From positions 11,036,001 through 11,100,000 of the forward strand of contig OZ281498.1 of NCBI GenBank assembly GCA_965637545.1: DNA of 64,000 nt, read 5' to 3'. The notes below the pieces were generated by a model. The model made no database searches. It was not told where the DNA came from and saw nothing but the letters and a program-made list of their open reading frames with translations. The translations under genes were made by a program, and so were the position numbers. Of this stretch, positions 12,701 to 27,300 are shown piece by piece (position 1 is the stretch's first letter; every line of letters begins with the position of its first letter). The DNA comes from Phallusia mammillata. Its lineage: Eukaryota.

Positions 12701-15097
12701 ATAGTTGTATTTTCAGTCCTAAACGAATTTGTTCAAATCGTAGCAACGTCGAAACGGCTAATTTGGTTATTTGGCAAGTTTACGGCTTAAAAATTGCGTC
12801 AGTTGTTTACTGTAAATGTAAGCTGTGTGGGTTCTAAAATTCTGATTACTCTTTGCTGTTCAATAGAAAACAAGACTTCTGTTCTTTAGTTTCGAAAAGA
12901 CATGTCGCAGAGGTAAAAGTGAGAAATAAGAGTTTCCACAACATTTTCTAACTTTTAACCCTGGACATTTTAGAGTATATTTGCTAAAAGTAGAGTGTTT
13001 TATAGATTAAAAAAACGAAATGTTTAGTGTAGCCTCAGTTCGAACTCTGCATTATTCTTATCAACACGCATCGCTAACCACAGGAGCGCTTGTCTAAAGA
13101 AGTAAAAGGCAAATGATGATTTTCCATGCTCCCAAATGGCATAAGCCACTCGGGCAGCACTTGGTTGACTCTAGGTTGGGCGATAGAGATTAAAATCAGA
13201 TTGCCACCAAGTTCACTGAGATGAACTAAATTCTTTACTTAATCTTATTACTTGTATTAAGTCACGCATGTTGTTAACAGTACATGCAAAGGCCGATTGA
13301 GTTGCAACAATAGTCAGGCAGTCTTTGTTATTGAGTTCTTATTTGGAGTAAACTTTGAGTTTTTCATGTTTGTGCATCAAAGCATGTTGGCCTTACAGAA
13401 ATCATTTTTAGCTTGAAAAAAGCAGAGTTGGTTAAAATGTTGACCAAGTGCGTGCATTATGAACTAACAATGGTTTTATTACATTACAAGCAGGTTTAAC
13501 TATTTAGAATAAATTTAGGCTTTGTTTTATCAAGCTAGCTGTGCCAGCAGGTTTGACTTTGCACTACTTTTGTACAGTGATGTAAATATCGAAGAATAAT
13601 GCCATTTGTATAAGTAAGAATAGGTAGAGAGTTGTAGATTCCCAACTAAATGTCTGTTCGACGTATTGTGCTTCAAGGGTAAAACTAGTTTTTAAAGTGC
13701 AATTGTTATTATATATTTTTTTCAGTCTTGCTCGTTTATAAGTTTGTGTGTGGCTATGTAGGGTATATTGCTTATGCATTGTGACTCATTGAACTAACAT
13801 TAAAAGCCTGCGGTCAGCAAATCCGGAAAGATGGCACATCAAAATATTCACCGCTCCAGTACTGACTCTTTGGTCCTTCTCGGCCGAGTTGCTCATTTCC
13901 GGAGATATAACATGTTTAGATTTAGACGCTTTCAGTAAGAAACAACTTTGCATATGTTTTAATCGTGCACTGTTAGTTAGTGTTAAATTTGTCACTAAGT
14001 TGCTGCAATTATGTTGATTAGTTGATATTTGTGCAAAAATGGGACACTACAAAAGTTATGCCATATGAATCACGCCTAAACAAGGGCACATTCTAAACAC
14101 TTGTTACGTCTCAAGCATAACAATTTCATGTTGTTTTCAAATACGTACTCAATACTTGACCTATAACGAATCAAGTTTTTATGACGTTCGTTCCGTGTCA
14201 ACTGTCAAGTGAACGTTATATGCCTGTAAGTGGCCGGATGAATAAGTCTAGAACTGGAATTAACATTTTCACGTGAATTTTATTTAAATCATCAGTCTCT
14301 TTACCTGATGTATCTAAATACAGTGTCTCATGATTTTTGTCATTTCTCAAACGGGTATGAGTTCAAAACGCAGCTCGGCTGCTTGTGCGTTCCTTCCCAA
14401 AACTTGTGCAAGGCTCTCAAAGGCTGCGATCAATTTCGAAAATTTTAACATGAACAAGCTTTACAAGGCAAAGTAGAAAGACATTTATTGAATGTTTTAC
14501 CAAAATTATGCTCCTAATAATTCAAAAAATTGTATCACTTTGATTTTACAACTTTTTGTATGTAGCTCTGTTTTTAGGTTATTGCTGCTTAATGCTCCTG
14601 AGAACAATCTTAAACTTATGCTTTTAAACACTCCAAAATCAAAAAAATTTCATCCCTCATCCGTCTTTATAATTTTTGCACATTTAATGACCTTATGCGA
14701 GTTGCGCGTTGAATTTGGTCCTGCATATCGATTGTGGGTTTCGCGTTAATGCACGTTAGACAATACAATACCCATTATTGCGCAACACGAACGGTTAGAT
14801 TCTTGAACGGCCGAATGTTTAAATTTAGATCAGAGGCTTGCAGGATTCAGCTGCTTCCTGTATTCATTGCATTTAAATATAATTTTCACCATTTAAATTT
14901 GAAAGGCTACTGTTTGATTTCTTTGGACCTTTTTTTAATTTATGTCCTTTAAAAGTCAAACTTACAAAAATATAGTTGTTGTTGTATTATTTTCTTGAAA
15001 TATACCTAGTTTGTTGTATTTATGTTACCATATATTTTTCGAAATGTACACTAACGCACATTCGATGACACTAACCTCTCCTTGCACTTACCCTCAG

Positions 15098-15226
15098 CTC
15101 ATCCAGTGACGGCGCATCATCGCAGAGTAAATGTCACGGATGTGGGTTTGTGGTCAACACCAGCTCGGAGCTGTACGTTTCGGTCAACTCCGTTCACTAC
15201 CACAAGGACTGCTTCAAATGTAGAAA
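15098..15226 (+). CDS. LIM domain exon 1 (CHGC-x19-HKDCFKCRK)
   Basis: Branch-like ctaac and pyrimidine tract ending ccctcAG; donor AA|gtaagt. Supplies the first five zinc ligands of a LIM domain. Confidence 0.9.
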
Positions 15227-18119
15227 GTAAGTCGATTTTGTAGTTATTCGACGTTTTTAACTCAACCAATTGACATACTTACTATCCTCGAGGAAGTCTT
15301 TTTTCTTAAAGTTTTATTTGCTTCTATGCTAGATCTAGCATAAAACTTTAAGAAAAAAGATTTACAAATGCTTGTTTGTGCGGAAAAATTTCAGTTGGTT
15401 AATGGATTTAGTGCAAAATAAGTAAATTTTTGATTCATATCTTAATGTAAGGTGTTGCGTGCTTTGTTTCTACACGTACATACTGCTATACTGAAAACGG
15501 AACCCTTGGTATTGCTTGAAACATCGAATACACATTTTTGTTCTTTCGTTAATGAACTTAACAAAATCAAGGTTTGTTTGGGATTTGAACCCGCGCCTGC
15601 TGAAGTATGTGAGGCAATTGGTCTGTAACTGAAACACACATTTCAGACATGCGATCAAACCTAGGTTCAGTGTTCCAGACAGTCTTGTATTTTAATCCAT
15701 ATTTCCGATACTGTTTGAAAACAAATTTCATGAATCTAAAGTCCAAACGTTTTATTCTTACCTCGAGTTAACGCCTTGGCTAAAATACTTGAGTCTATCA
15801 GTTTGCTTGTCCACAAGACGTCGCAATGGAGCACACTTCAGGTAAGTTCACTTGTAAGACCAAACAAAATCTCATCTGTACGCTCACTTCGAGTCTTTAG
15901 TTCGAACCCCATGAAAGACAATTCAAACACCAAAGACGAATGTATTTAAACTTTTTTAGTCTTCGTTCCTGTCTGTGTTGGATTGTTGCACATTTACGTA
16001 ACCTTTCTGTTTCCGTTTGGCCGATAACGATCTTTTTGATGTTACTATCCACGTGTTGTAGGTTGAAAATTTAGGAATGCTGAATCTTTCTTAAATCAAC
16101 TTGGGACACAATGTGTTCGGAAAAGTACTGCTATTTACATTTTGCACTGTTGCAACATCTGTTGTGTGTATTGTCAATAATAATTTATAATTCTGGGGCA
16201 TCTTACTGCAGAAGACATGTGCGTAATTACATGATTGTTGCATTGTCTGTCAGATTTATGCTAACGCCTTAGTTCAGATTTTGCTAAAATTTTGCCAAAG
16301 GTAAGTATGTCCTTCTGCGTGAATATGTAGAAGCAGACGTTCCGCTGAATAAGGTGCAGTGGCAAAGTGCGTGAAATGAAATGTAAGCCTCGGTCTTACT
16401 CGAGATTTTCTGCACCCTACACATTATGTCTATTTCGTTTTTCGTTTTTTTTTGGCCAAACACAACGTGTGTTTCAAACTGGGTATGTAGTTTGCAGTCT
16501 TACCTGCTTTGTCTTGTTAGATCATCACGTGTATTGTTTTGCAACGGGTCATTCGCGTATTTGTCTTCAGCAAACAGCACGGGACAGAAAAGTAAACAAT
16601 GTGCCGCTGCCGTTTGTAGCGAACGACTACTGCAAAACACATTTGCGGCGAAAGCTTAGAATTGTTCTGTATTGTAGTAAGTGGTAGCGTGGCATTTGTT
16701 ATGCTTATGATGCATACAGTCTTTGTTATGGTTAAGCTCGAAGTGGAAGGCTTTCCGATTCTTTATTTTTAATCTTTTGCACGTGATAAAAATCGCCTTT
16801 TGGGGGCAAATAACGCATTGACGTTGTAGTTGCTTGCATTATGTTGACTCAAAATGTCATATCTGTATCAGGTGTTTTTTGTTAAGTAAACTTTACAATT
16901 CGAATTTTCTGTTTTTTGACCCAAAGAATTTGATTTTGGGTTGACAAATTTGAAACGTTTACCAAATGTTCATTAAAAATGCCGCATTTTTGCGATTACT
17001 CGTATTTAAATGTTTTATTGTCCAACAGCTGCAACTATACTAGCGTAAACTGAAGATAGCTTTAAATTGAATTTACATCACTTCCAATTCATATACGTGT
17101 AAAGTGAGATGTCAAATGGATTCGGCTGAGAGAACAAATGCGTTTTGTCGGTTTAAATGCCGGCGCACTGAGCTAGTTTCTTAAAATATGACAGGAACCG
17201 TAGTGCTCAGGATATCGCATACTCTGTACAGTGGAAATGTACACAAAGATAGCTGCTGTTAAACTGATATTGGCTGTAGTTTGTACTGGTTTGTGTTTGT
17301 TAAGATGGAGTTTAGATGAAGTCACTTATAAAACGTTATGTAAACGCATTATAGGGCATTTTATAAAGTCAAAAATTAAACACAAGTTATAGAAACTTTA
17401 TGTAATTAAATGGCTTTGTAACCTTTGGATTTTGTATTGTCAGATTTTTAGATACTGTTCTCCATTAATAAGTAAAACGGCGTTTTTTCTTAACTTTGTA
17501 CAAATTGTATACAGATACGTTCTGCAGAGCGAAACAAAAACAAACATTGTGTTTCCGGCCTAAATTGTCAAAGTAGGCAACTTTTGTTTGAGATTTCTAT
17601 GTTGTTATGGTTGAAACAAAATTTTTTTTTCCGAAACATTGTATAACCAACGGGTGGTATTAAATACATTGGCAGAAAGTAAAGGCTTTAAAATCGGAAT
17701 TCTATTTTTACCCTATTTAATAAACCATGTCAACAGAAGTGTAAAGCGTAAACAGCCGAAATGAAGTAAAACAATTATAAGTTTGGCATTTTTTATTGGA
17801 ATTTTAATTCTTTTATTCTTAGAAAAACTGCCGATACCATTAGCTGATTAAGAACCATTTTTGGTAGAGTTTATACCACTGCGCATGGAATTGTTGTTTT
17901 ATGTTCGGAACTTGTCAGACTTCAATAAATAACATATGAGGTGCGCTTCGTTAAAACGTTATAGGACACTACGATTGTAGCGTTCCTTGCCACAACAGCA
18001 AACTAAAGTTAAGCAGATGCAAGTAAAAGCGACATTTCTAAGCTTATTGGTCGTGAACCAGTATCGTCTGGTGTCGTTATATGTTCAACATTTGTCACAG
18101 ACTTGCATGCTAAGACCGA

Positions 18120-18330
18120 CTGCCGCCTGCACGCGTGCATCATCACGTGACCTCCCCCACACCCGGTCCGCCGCCGGCTGGTCGATCACGTGATCGCGTT
18201 GCGTGGAAACCCAAACACACTGGAGGCGAATCTGATTTCCCGTGCGGCCACATTGCATGTTGAGGCACGTTCACATTGTCACGTAAGCACAACGTCACAA
18301 TGAAGCACATGGCCGTGCACGTGTGAAGTA
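18120..18330. promoter_or_regulatory. GC-rich intronic island with clustered E-boxes (TCACGTGA twice, CACGTG)
   Basis: TCACGTGA at 18143 and 18186; 12-bp palindromes TGCACGCGTGCA (18128) and GATCACGTGATC (18184); GC locally high against the flanks. Confidence 0.45.
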
Positions 18331-18529
18331 TGATGTTTATGTTTCACACTTTATTGGGGTGCTTGTTTTGCCGATTTATTGTGTTTCTTGGCGGCAAATA
18401 CGAACATTCCTGTGCAATCGGCGACGATTTGCGTACAATGACTCGAATATTTGTGTCATGTTCTTGAAAGAATACGCGTGTGTTTAACTTTTCCACTTTT
18501 TCTTAGTTTTGTTTGGTTTAAACTCTTGG

Positions 18530-18545
18530 TCGCTAGATGGCGCTG
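18530..18545 (+). promoter_or_regulatory. CTCF-like motif
   Basis: TCGCTAGATGGCGCTG resembles the CTCF core (CCASYAGRKGGCRS); motif match only. Confidence 0.35.
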
Positions 18546-21500
18546 CGAAGCTGGATTAGTAACTTTTTTACCCACTAAAGTTTGCGTTAAGACAAGCTTT
18601 GTATTTACGTAATGACAGTAATTTATAATTTCGGGCAAAGGCTTTTTTATTGAGTTATATGCCTGACAATCACTTAGCAAAGTGCGTCTTACTGGTCTTT
18701 ATATCTGAGCAATGGAAGGGATTTCTTCTATCGCCTTATTAAAAGAAATGTGGTCGAAGAATTGAATGATGTGTTTGACTTCAAATAGTGCTGGCGACTA
18801 CTGTAAATGTTAAAGGTCTCGTTGTCTTGTTTGCTCACTACATATGTAGGTGTATGTGCCATGTGCGTAACACTACTGAGATATGAAAAACAATACAGTT
18901 TTAGTGGTCAACCGTTTAATGTTTGAGTGAGGAATGTGTGAGTGATCAATTGGAACTTTGTTTTATCTTGGTGTTGCTAGAATATGGCTGATAGCTTTTT
19001 CCAGATTGCAGTCCTTAGATATGAAACAAGTTAGAACTCAGGCTCAGGCAACGAATGTACTTACAGTTGAGTTGAGATAACATTGCACCGGTTTAAAAAT
19101 ACCTAAAGAGACAATTCCATGAAGGTTTGTTAGTAAGAAAATGGGTCGAAATGATATTGATTGCGAGATAAATAAATAGAGTAGTTTGCAACTCCAATAT
19201 TTTGTGATAATGTGGAAACGACGTCTTGAAAGGATTCAGTGTTTCCCTTTCCATTCCACCTCCACTCCTCATCTATAGACAAAATGTTTTCCGTAAACAC
19301 TGGAAAATTAAGGGAGGCGGCATTTCCGTCAGTAAACAGACTAAGATGCGCAAAGCGGGTATAGAAGGTAAATTTTATGGAAATGAATTTTCCGTTCAGT
19401 TGGGCCATGTGATTCCCACAACGGATTTACTTTTGTCGTGATTGGATAGTCTTTGCTGACAAATGTATTGATGCCAACCTTTCGTAGAAATTAATCTGTA
19501 CTCTATATCTTAAACATAAATTGTTGATTAGCTTGAACTATAAATTGTAAAAATGATTTGCATATTGCGCTGTGTGTTTATCTAAGCTGCAACTTTTTTT
19601 CAATGGTTTATATTTAGCGGCATTTGTTCAAAGAGTATTTGCGAATCGTTAATCATTTCCTGTTTTGTTGTCAACGATTGTGCAGAGAAACTAAAATCAA
19701 TAAGGTTTTATTGAACCTTTTTGCCAAGCAAAAGCGTTTAGAGATTTTTGGAGCATTGATCATCAACCAACTGTCTGGTTTCAGGGCATATTGCTACTTT
19801 CATTTTCAGTGTTGAACGGCTGAAATGGTTGTGTGATTCTTGAAAGGCAATCAAGGGACGTGCATAAAGATACTGAAGTGGCAATATCTCTTTACAAGTA
19901 CCAGACTTATATAGACAACGTACCTCTTTGTAAACCTCAAATCGAAAACAACACTGGGTTCGAAATGAACACAAAATGGTTTAGCTTTCGGATATTTCGA
20001 CAGATTAACGCAGTCATGTCATAACATATTCTTACAACAATCTTATTAAAACGTGATATTAGGCATTTAATATTACCTAAACTTTGTCATAGCACGGTAT
20101 ACGAATGTAGCAATAGATTTGCACCAGCATTGCAACACGCTTATGCAATGCTGCAATACAAACGGAAGAGGAATTGACTAACGCAGAGCTTGTGTTGTTA
20201 CAAAACAATACATCTCTATGCGAGCTGCATCCTATTGCCAACTTTGTCCTTTGAATGACCCCGAAACTTAACCCCGCAAAACCGATCATATGTTTCACAT
20301 CCACTCGAGTTCTGTGCTTTCTACATGCGCCGAACCGTTGTGAACAGACTGGCTAGGAAATCGAACATCCTTTTCTATGCGAGGGCAACTAAATGGGCAA
20401 CAGTTCATGCAATGTGATGCTTTGCTTGGCGGAGGGGGTAATGTATAAAGTTCAAACCATCGATTACTGGAAATCTGCTAGGTTTATTAGAAAAAGCTCA
20501 AACATTTTGTGATTTCTGTTGCGATTTCATAGTGAAGAGTTTACCTCAGTAACATTATATTCGATAGTTATGCACATCTATTTAACATATGAAATTTGCA
20601 ATTGCGTATTTAGTTCCCAGTTTTTCCCGCTTTAGTTCCCTCCTTTAGCGTTTTGCCACTCTTACCAAATTTACCAATTTAAGCTAAAATCCAGCAATAT
20701 TTGTTTGTTGGAACGTTTGTTGTGCTTTATTGCGTATTTTTTTATTTATGTCCATTACATTACTGTGACAAACAGTAATAAATTTAAATAACATATGACA
20801 AAACCTTCATTTATTTCGATTCAATGGCGCTACTGAAGAAGTTTAAAAAAGTTAAAACGTTAAAAACTGTCCACTGTGACAAATGGTTCCACTTCTCTAT
20901 TTCCACATCGTTTCGAACATTTACGTCAATCGGTGTGACTCATTGCATGTGGTTGCAATTGTTGGCTGAAGTCAGCTTGTTGCTAAAACAAATCCCTTTT
21001 TAGCATGTAATGATAAGAATTTGGGGTAGAACGTGCCGACGGATGCCGTTGACCATCTCGTGGTTTGTTCAAATTCATTTTCTTACTCATTTTGGATTCT
21101 ACTTGTGGGATGTTTTCGATTTTCAGTCTATGTTTGAATGGCTAATAACATTGTTATTAGGGAAATAAGCTATTCCTGCGAGGCATAATGTACAAATAGA
21201 TATTGCTCTTCTAGCAATATTTATTATATTATATATTATTATTAAATAGCAATACAATGAAATCCCAAAGTGCCTAATCCGAGTAATGCCACTCTTATGG
21301 ACATGACCTCGCAATTGGACAGATAATGATTCGTTATGACGTAGTGGTTTGGGGGACTCTAATTGGTTAAATGTTTTGCGACTGTGAATTGATAGGAAAC
21401 CTGGCAGGAAAGCGACTAAAGTCAATGGACTTTTCGAGTTTCGCGTCTACATCCCGGCTAGTTTACCGAAAACGTTTACCAGAGAGTTTGTTAGATGCTT

Positions 21501-24089
21501 ACGTGTTTTCAAATAAATTGTGTGATATTGAATCAGTCAACTTTGAGTCGGAAGCGCATAGAGTAATAAAGAGGTGCTTTATGATCTGATTTTCTGGGTG
21601 TTCTTTGCAGCGCGATTATGCGGAAAAACAATTTTACAGGATACGAATTCTTTGCCTGACTTGTAATTATGTTTTCTTTGTCTGAGTAAATGTAAGTTCT
21701 AATGTTGATAGTATATTTCAAAAAATATTTTTCGAGCAAAAAATGGCACTTTAAATCTCAATGATACGAGTGCTGTTGGATTTTGGCAAAAACAATTCAT
21801 TACGTTATTCCTCTAACATGGTGGTCGTCCATTAGTCACTTTTATTTCAAACCTAATCCTGACTCCCTTGTGTAAAGAGTTGTTGATTGACGTGTAAAGC
21901 TTCATCAGGAGTTTTTTGTTAAAAGTTGTTGAATGATTCCGGCTTCAGTCCCCTTGGCAACAGAATGAATTAATATTGATTATCACACGATAATAAGTAT
22001 AATGGAGAAGACGTTAGTACTGGTAGTCGTACAGACATGAGTTTTATTTCTTGTGGGCGAGCAAGCGAAAATTGAAAGCTAACTATTGAAGTAAATATAA
22101 AAAGTGGTAAACATTTATACTTATCAGTGCATCAGTATTAAAACGTCTCAAAAACATAATTTTGTTCTTTGTTGTTGGATAAGGTTGATAATATATCTAC
22201 ATTGGAATCATTGTACGTTTGTGGGAATACATTTATCATGTGTGTATATTTCAATAATTTTTTTGGAAATGATAAAACAACTAAGTATCAGGTAGACCCT
22301 GTAATCTTATATACCTGGGTTAATGGTTTGATTTCTTTACCTACCAATTTACCACTCACAATAGTAACCTAATACTTTGATTGTTATCATAGCAGATAGG
22401 TTGTGAAATAGTATGACTCTTCATGGAAAGGCTGTAGCTAGTGTAAAATTGTCTTAGTAATCCGAACCTGGGAATAACATGGTTAATAGTTTTAGACAAG
22501 CAATAGTTTTTTGGTTGTAATACAGTTTTAGAGGCTTTTAAAGGTACATTTGGGCCAAATATTACATACTTTACCAGATATGTTATACATGAACTTTGTC
22601 AAAGTATATTATAGAACAAAGATAAACCCCATTTTATTGAACGAAAGTGTCAAGAGTTTGTGTTAACCTGTCATCAACAAGTACGATGTTTTTCCACGGT
22701 ACCTTGTTACCTTATTAAACTTTGTTGCGTCACAAACACATTTCTATCTGTCTGTCGCAAATAGGATGTGGCAACCGCTAACATGACGTTTGTGATGTCT
22801 CACCGGAAATAAGCACGTGATCTCAGGGGTTAATATTTCGCGCTGAACGTTTGGCGCCAAAATTCACTGAAGCTAAAAGTAAACTGGGTCGGCGGGGTCA
22901 GCGCCTATGTAATTTCTAAAGTTGCTCTGTTATAGAGCTCCTACGTAGAAGCGTTTGCACGATAGAAGTTATGTAAAATGTGTCATACTTCTAGGAACTG
23001 CTTGCAACCCGTCCATAGAAGTCACATGTTTTAATAGAAATCATATGACGGACCTTTAGATGTGATTAGTTGTTTCAGCGAAAATTTTGATAGCTTGTTA
23101 ATTAAGTGACTTTATTTCGCAAGTTACTGGGTCTAAAGGTTGGTTGGTGGTGTAACATGGGTGATGTTATGACTCGTCTGTATAAACAGGGCACAAAAAT
23201 AATTTCAACATTTCACGGAAAACAGACGGAATCTAAATTTCTCTTCGCAATAATTTTAGAAAGTCGACCCGTTTCGTTTCAAACTTTTTTAAACTCTCGA
23301 AAACATTTGTATGGACCTAAATCCAGGGATTTAACAAAACTTGCGAAAATATTTGTGAAATGGTATTGATTGCTGTTATCGATTTAACACCCTGCTATGC
23401 ATGCTGGAAAAACAAGTGATTACTCTTTATACTCTAGACCTGCACTCTGAAAAAGAGATTATGAGATGTTTTTTTATACATTTGTTGTTAATTTTGTTCA
23501 ACTGAAAGTGACAATAGCGAATGTAGGATCATCCGATGACCCCTGCTATAACTGACTTGTGTTTTTTCTGCTTAGAAAACATACACTGTTTCTGAAACAA
23601 TACTATTCTCTTACGCCACATATGGATAAAACCACAAGTATAACGCGGCTATAACTACCAACAAGAAGGTGTAATTAAGATTTATCCCGTATTTGATGCT
23701 TTTCATTTTCAAGTTGTTTTCAATTTACCTGTACACACCTGTAGAAAACTTAATTAGCTGTAAGCAACTCAACAACACACGTAGGTTGAAAGCTTGAGCG
23801 CTGCGTCAAACTTGTGTGGGTAGCCCAGCTATAAAACGGGCCACTTGTAAACAATTAAACCGTTCCAAAACTTCACAGGCAAGATAATTATCGCCCTGTG
23901 ATGTCATAATTACATATTATGACGCGACAATCAACGATCTTCGAATGCACATGATACGAAATTAACTTCGGTGCTTTTCGTGTTAGGTATGCGAGAACTT
24001 GAAAAAAAAACGTTTTAGGCTGTATATCAAGAATGTAGATTTTATGTTTTGCTTTGCGTTGGCATAGTCGGTCGTTGGATGCTTTAGAA

Positions 24090-24313
24090 CAGAGGTCGGC
24101 AACCTTTTTTGCACTGCGGAACGTTTTTGAAACTGAAATTTTATCTCGGACTGGCCTTGAAAAAAAAAAACTACGAATATATAGCAATAAAGACGCTTAA
24201 ATTAGATTATCTTCCCCGGAATGCACGGGGAAAACGTTTCAAAGCATTTAACCTGAAAATTATACGGCCCGGCGGTAACGAACTTTTTGCGGATTGGCGG
24301 TTGCCAACCACTG
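24090..24313. mobile_element. hAT (Charlie-like) MITE, 224 bp
   Basis: Imperfect TIR CAGAGGTCGGCAACC / GGTTGCCAACCACTG; 8-bp TSD CTTTAGAA / CTTTAGGA (1 mismatch). Confidence 0.8.
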
Positions 24314-27300
24314 CTTTAGGACAATAGTTACTAACCTTTTATTATCGTTACCCTGAAAACAACCTAATGAATTTTATTTACCCCCTTTCAAAAACACCAA
24401 AATTACCAATTATGATATCACAAAATATTACATCACAAATTAAAAAAAAATGGTTATAGAATAACCCTGTAAAAGTATCAAATAGCCCAATTGGGCATAA
24501 TTACCAGGTTAAGGATCAATGCTTTACAAACTATCCGCGTATGCATTGGTTCCTGATGTGCCACAAAGTATTTTTTCTGATGCGTCATGATTCGTGACAC
24601 GTCATAATTTATCTTGTTTTTCCGGAGGCGGAGATGTTCTGCGCTGATTTGCAAGTTTTTCACGCGATTCGTGTCACTTGGTTAAAATGCCGAAGCAGAA
24701 CGTGATAAACCTTAACTTCCGTGCAATCTTTTAGTTTAAAACGCATTTTGCCCCAATGCCTTTTTCGGGAATCCGGACATTTTAAACTTAAAGCTAAAAA
24801 TAACCTACGTCCAGCAGTTCCAAAACGAACACGATTTCTTGGGCGAATCAAGTCACTCGCAAAGTTTCTCTCCCTACAAGTTGTGGTTTACGAACATCAT
24901 AAGCTTGATGACTTTTCTTATTTTCATGGGCACATGTTTGTAGCATTATGTGTTATTATTTTTAATCGAAACGATTATTTCAAATCAGTAACTTATCTGC
25001 AACTTTGTGCAACTTTGTGCCCCTCAGACAAGGTTGGAGTTGTTTTCCACGTGTTTATGAGTCGTTTGGGTCAAACGCTTGTACTTTTCCTTATATGGCG
25101 TTGTTTCAGTCAGCACAATTTCCCTTGAAACGAAACTTTTTGCACAAATTGTTCTTTGCTATGACGAAACGAAACTTTTGAAAGCGTGACGTCATTTCGT
25201 GCTGAAACTTCCGCGTTTGCGTGACGTTACAGGGTAGAGTTCGTTGTTTCACGAAAAGAGTTCGTGTGTTGTTTTTGTTTTGGTGGGATTTGGCACTTGA
25301 CTTCAGAAATTTTAAAGCAAAATTTTCGAGCCACAAGTCAGGTCATGGGTTCAAATCACGTCCAAAATGTTGCATTTCCTTAAAGCCAGAAGTCAAAATA
25401 AACGTTGCGAAATGTAACTATGTTATATCAGTTATATGTTTCACACAAACGTGCACCCATAAAAAAATTTGAACCACCAAAAACTTTAAAAATTTAACCC
25501 ACTTCGTGCAAATGCTTGTAGATGACGGTTATGAATTAGTATCTCTTGGGCCTGTCTGTGAACCATAGACACCCGCAACAAAATGAAACGAAAATTAAGG
25601 GGTTAATCGGATGTAGATTTGAACATGCTCTAATGTAAAAGCAAGCCACTACAAGGGAATGATTCAACATGTATGTTTCACTAAACACATCGCTGCAACT
25701 TGAGCATATTCCTTTCCATTTCATTTCGACTAAAGTTAAGTGGCCCTGGTGCTAGAAGTAAAAACTTTGTTAGTTTTTGCTTTCGTATTGACCACGAAAC
25801 TCACTTTTTTTCTGTTTGTACGTAACCTCGCTTTCATTGAACATTTTTCGAAACCTTGTTTAAAATCTGCATAAATTAAAAATACAATATAGAAAGCATA
25901 ACCCATTCAAGTTTGATAATGACGGAAGATATGAAACCTGCTATAGTTCATGCTAGGCTGTGAAGACGGGTATGTCTATATTGGGACTACCAACCATTCT
26001 TTGCCGTATACTTCGTAGTCAAATAACATAGACGTGTAATTGAAATTACTGAGTTCCACATTATGGGTGGTGATTCGAATTTCAGGCATTGTTAAATTTT
26101 TGTGGCCAATTGAAATGTATTGAGAAAGGCAGTTGTGAATTTAACCTTATACTTACAGGTTGATTGCTTGTTTTGGTATTTTAGTTTCTTATATTGGATA
26201 TTGCGACATTAGGAAAGTGTAGTAATTTCCAAAGAAACGTGAATTGCAATGTATTCTTCGAATTTCGCAAATTAAAGATTAGAATGGTGTTGAAGTTAAT
26301 ATTGAGTTGAGTTTTAAAACTGTTGTTTTGTAATAGCAATTATGTAGCGCAGTCTATTTGAAAGCTAACAAAATAATTCTCACTTACAAATATGCTCACC
26401 ACACCATCTGCAACAAATTAACCCCTTCGATTCGAACACACAAACTCGTTTCCACATCTGATGTCAATTAACAGTTCGATAAAACACGGCAGACAGCTTG
26501 AAAGCGCTAAAATTATCTCCCGTCGCTTCTCGGGGGAGAACTCGTTCATCAAACATCCGTGGCAAATTTGTCACGTGGTTTGTGGAGCCACTAAGGCGCC
26601 GTCACGCTTAACTGAGCACAACCCTTAATGCAGTTTTACTTTTTTTCCCGTGAAAGTCGATGGTAACTTGGTAAGATTGTCTACTTTTTAGGGGGAGGTG
26701 TTATAGTTTCGGTAATGGCTCTGTCTGTTTGTGTGATTTCAAAACGCTAGAAACAGTGTTGAAAGTTAGCTTGGTTATAAACAACTTTTTAGATAGTTTG
26801 CATGTAAGAACCTTTTTGCACTGAAAATAACTAATCGATAGATGAAAGAACGACTGTAACAGAAAATAATTTTGGCAGGTTCTGCTTGGGAAAAAACTTG
26901 TTTGGTAGCGAATACTTTATCGTTTATATTTATTTTACCCTTTTAATCGCTTTCTTATGATGCTCGCAGACCATTTATGTTTTTATGAGGACAGATTAGG
27001 TTTAGTATGTATTGGTTGCCGCATAAGGATTGTCTGCAGCATTGGCGCTTTGCAAACAACACCGCTAATCGTGGTATATTTGTAGAAATTATCAACGTCA
27101 CTTTTGACCCCGCTTGTGTCATCTGCCGAGGAATTCGAATTTAGAAAATAATGTGAAAATTATCGATCGAAATTTATTTATAAAACATAGAGAGAGAACG
27201 AGAGCAAAACGTAGATACTCTCTAGTTCTAGATCTCATATTTCACAGTAGGTGTTTTCTTATTTTGTTTTTATCTCTGGTCGCCAATTTGCCACATTGTC

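Noticed and set aside
15802-16306. Strong orphan donors AG|gtaagt at 15842 and 16301
   Set aside because: No ATG-initiated phase-2 frame leads into either, and about one such 8-mer is expected by chance. They could be non-coding first exons but are unsupported.
20230-20445. Repeat-like fragment (minus strand attaccccctccgccaagc...)
   Set aside because: Looks like a dispersed-repeat end, but I could not define termini or a TSD.
13025-25365. tRNA B-box-like strings at about 13035 (minus), 15580 (minus, GGTTCAAATCCC) and 25350 (plus)
   Set aside because: No cloverleaf or convincing A-box; at best SINE remnants with undefined boundaries, not tRNA genes.
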